Positions 62,896 through 64,000 of a DNA stretch of 64,000 nt are shown here, piece by piece. Position 1 is the stretch's first letter; every line of letters starts with the position of its first letter. The stretch is taken from the NCBI GenBank assembly GCA_040285855.1, contig JAUFOQ010000006.1, forward strand, positions 1,302,001-1,366,000, written 5' to 3'. Source of the stretch: Eukaryota sp. GEM-RC1. Lineage: Eukaryota. The notes below the pieces were generated by a model, which was given only the letters and a program-made list of their open reading frames with translations, was not told where the DNA came from and ran no database searches. The position numbers and the translations under genes are program-made.

Positions 62896-63019
62896 TGAGT
62901 TGATGGATTGTTTGAGCGCAGGGAAACTTGGTCTTCATCAAATTTCTCTTTCAGAAGCCCCTTATCATACGTTAGCTTTGTCAGAGAGTGATGTTTTGTA
63001 TGGGTTTGGGTACAATGCC

Positions 63020-63917
63020 CAGAATCAGAAGCTGAGCGATATAACGTATATTTGAATTCTTTCTACGAAGATGACTGGTTTAGAAAGAGGAAATTCCAAA
63101 TTTATTCAAATAACCAACGGTCGGAAAAAAACATGCTGGAACGCTTCAATTTAACATATGGACCTCCAGAAGACGTCGTCATTGGCTATGGGGATTGGAG
63201 CTCAAAAGGTAAAACAAGAAAGGGCAAAACCTCTACTGTGGAAATCCGTAAAATGTTAAGAAAATATGGATACCAAATATTTCTTGTTGATGAATACAGA
63301 ACAAGCAAGTGTTGTTCCAAATGTGCTAAGGAAAAATCAACTTTCGTAGAATGTGAAAATGTTTCAGAACTAAAGGTTCTTGGTCCCAAAGGCAAGAGAC
63401 AGCTAAGAAGGAAGAAGAGAAAGTTAAGAAGAGAAATTTTGCTCAAAAACAAACAAGATCCTCTAAACCAACGGGATTTTTGGAAGCAGAGTGGGAGGTG
63501 AAGCAGAAGTCATTGGAAGAAGAAGCTAAATCCACACCCTGGGGACTGGTAAGGTGCTCAGGTGCTAAGTGTGGTACTTATTGGAATAGAGACCTAAATT
63601 CTGCCATCAATATCTATTCCATCATTGAAGCAACGATCAATGGTCAAGGTAGACCATCCGCTCTCGAGAGATCTAAAACTCAAACAACAGATCTCGAGAG
63701 TGGTAAGGATACTTTGGCGAGAGACCAGAAGAAGAAGAAGACTGCGACCAAAAAGAAGAAAACTTCAACAGGAAAGACTCGTAAGAAACCAACATGTGGA
63801 AATTGTGGCCAAGAAGGTCATAACAAAACGTCATGCAAGAATCCACCAAAAGAAATGAGTTCGCCTAAAAGAAGAAGCGTAAAGTCAGTCAAGAAGAAGA
63901 AGGTCTCTCGTAAATAA
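63020..63917 (+). pseudogene. 5'-truncated Fanzor (RuvC-II, zinc finger, RuvC-III) with basic tail and CCHC knuckle
   Basis: FRKRKFQIY..NQRSE, IGYGDWS, LVDEYRTSKCCSKC, WGLVRC..C, YWNRDLNSAINI, GRP, CGNCGQEGHNKTSC; frameshift near 63478. Confidence 0.85.
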
Positions 63918-64000
63918 CTTTAGTGTACTCTTAACAGTACACAGCGCAGTGGGCTTAGCTCACTGAGTGTCTGTGGTTACGATACTCTAATCAAAATGAA
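63918..64000 (+). ncRNA. Putative omegaRNA start of the second Fanzor
   Basis: Adjacent hairpins GTGTACT/AGTACAC (63923-63942) and CAGTGGGC/GCTCACTG (63947-63965) directly after the stop; may continue beyond the window. Confidence 0.45.

Overview
This is AT-rich, gene-dense eukaryotic (protist-like, flagellated) nuclear DNA. It uses the standard genetic code and has rare, very short (29-35 nt) GT-AG introns. Many single-base frameshifts sit in homopolymer runs and look like long-read errors. Housekeeping genes include an outer-arm dynein beta heavy chain, presequence protease, cullin, an MPN-domain CSN6/eIF3f-like subunit, APC5-like, Ctf4/AND-1, ceramide synthase, GID4, gamma-SNAP, Nup58, PAP2 and an FGGY kinase. 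They are separated by spacers full of hAT/MULE/Tc1-like non-autonomous elements and 3' fragments of RLE-type non-LTR retrotransposons. The main discovery candidate is a ~5.6 kb minus-strand reading frame (41733-36172). It can be reconstructed as one polyprotein: hydrophobic leader, 2A/StopGo peptide (DIESNPGP), SENP8/Ulp1-like protease, 49-aa helical repeats, second Ulp1-like protease, PolB-type 3'-5' exonuclease and Fanzor1 (TnpB-like RNA-guided nuclease), followed by a structured putative omegaRNA. A second, 5'-truncated Fanzor with a CCHC knuckle tail and downstream hairpins lies head-to-head with a PIF1 helicase at the window end. Separately, the dynein beta gene begins inside AAA2 behind a novel ~88-aa leader, which suggests a split or trans-spliced dynein.
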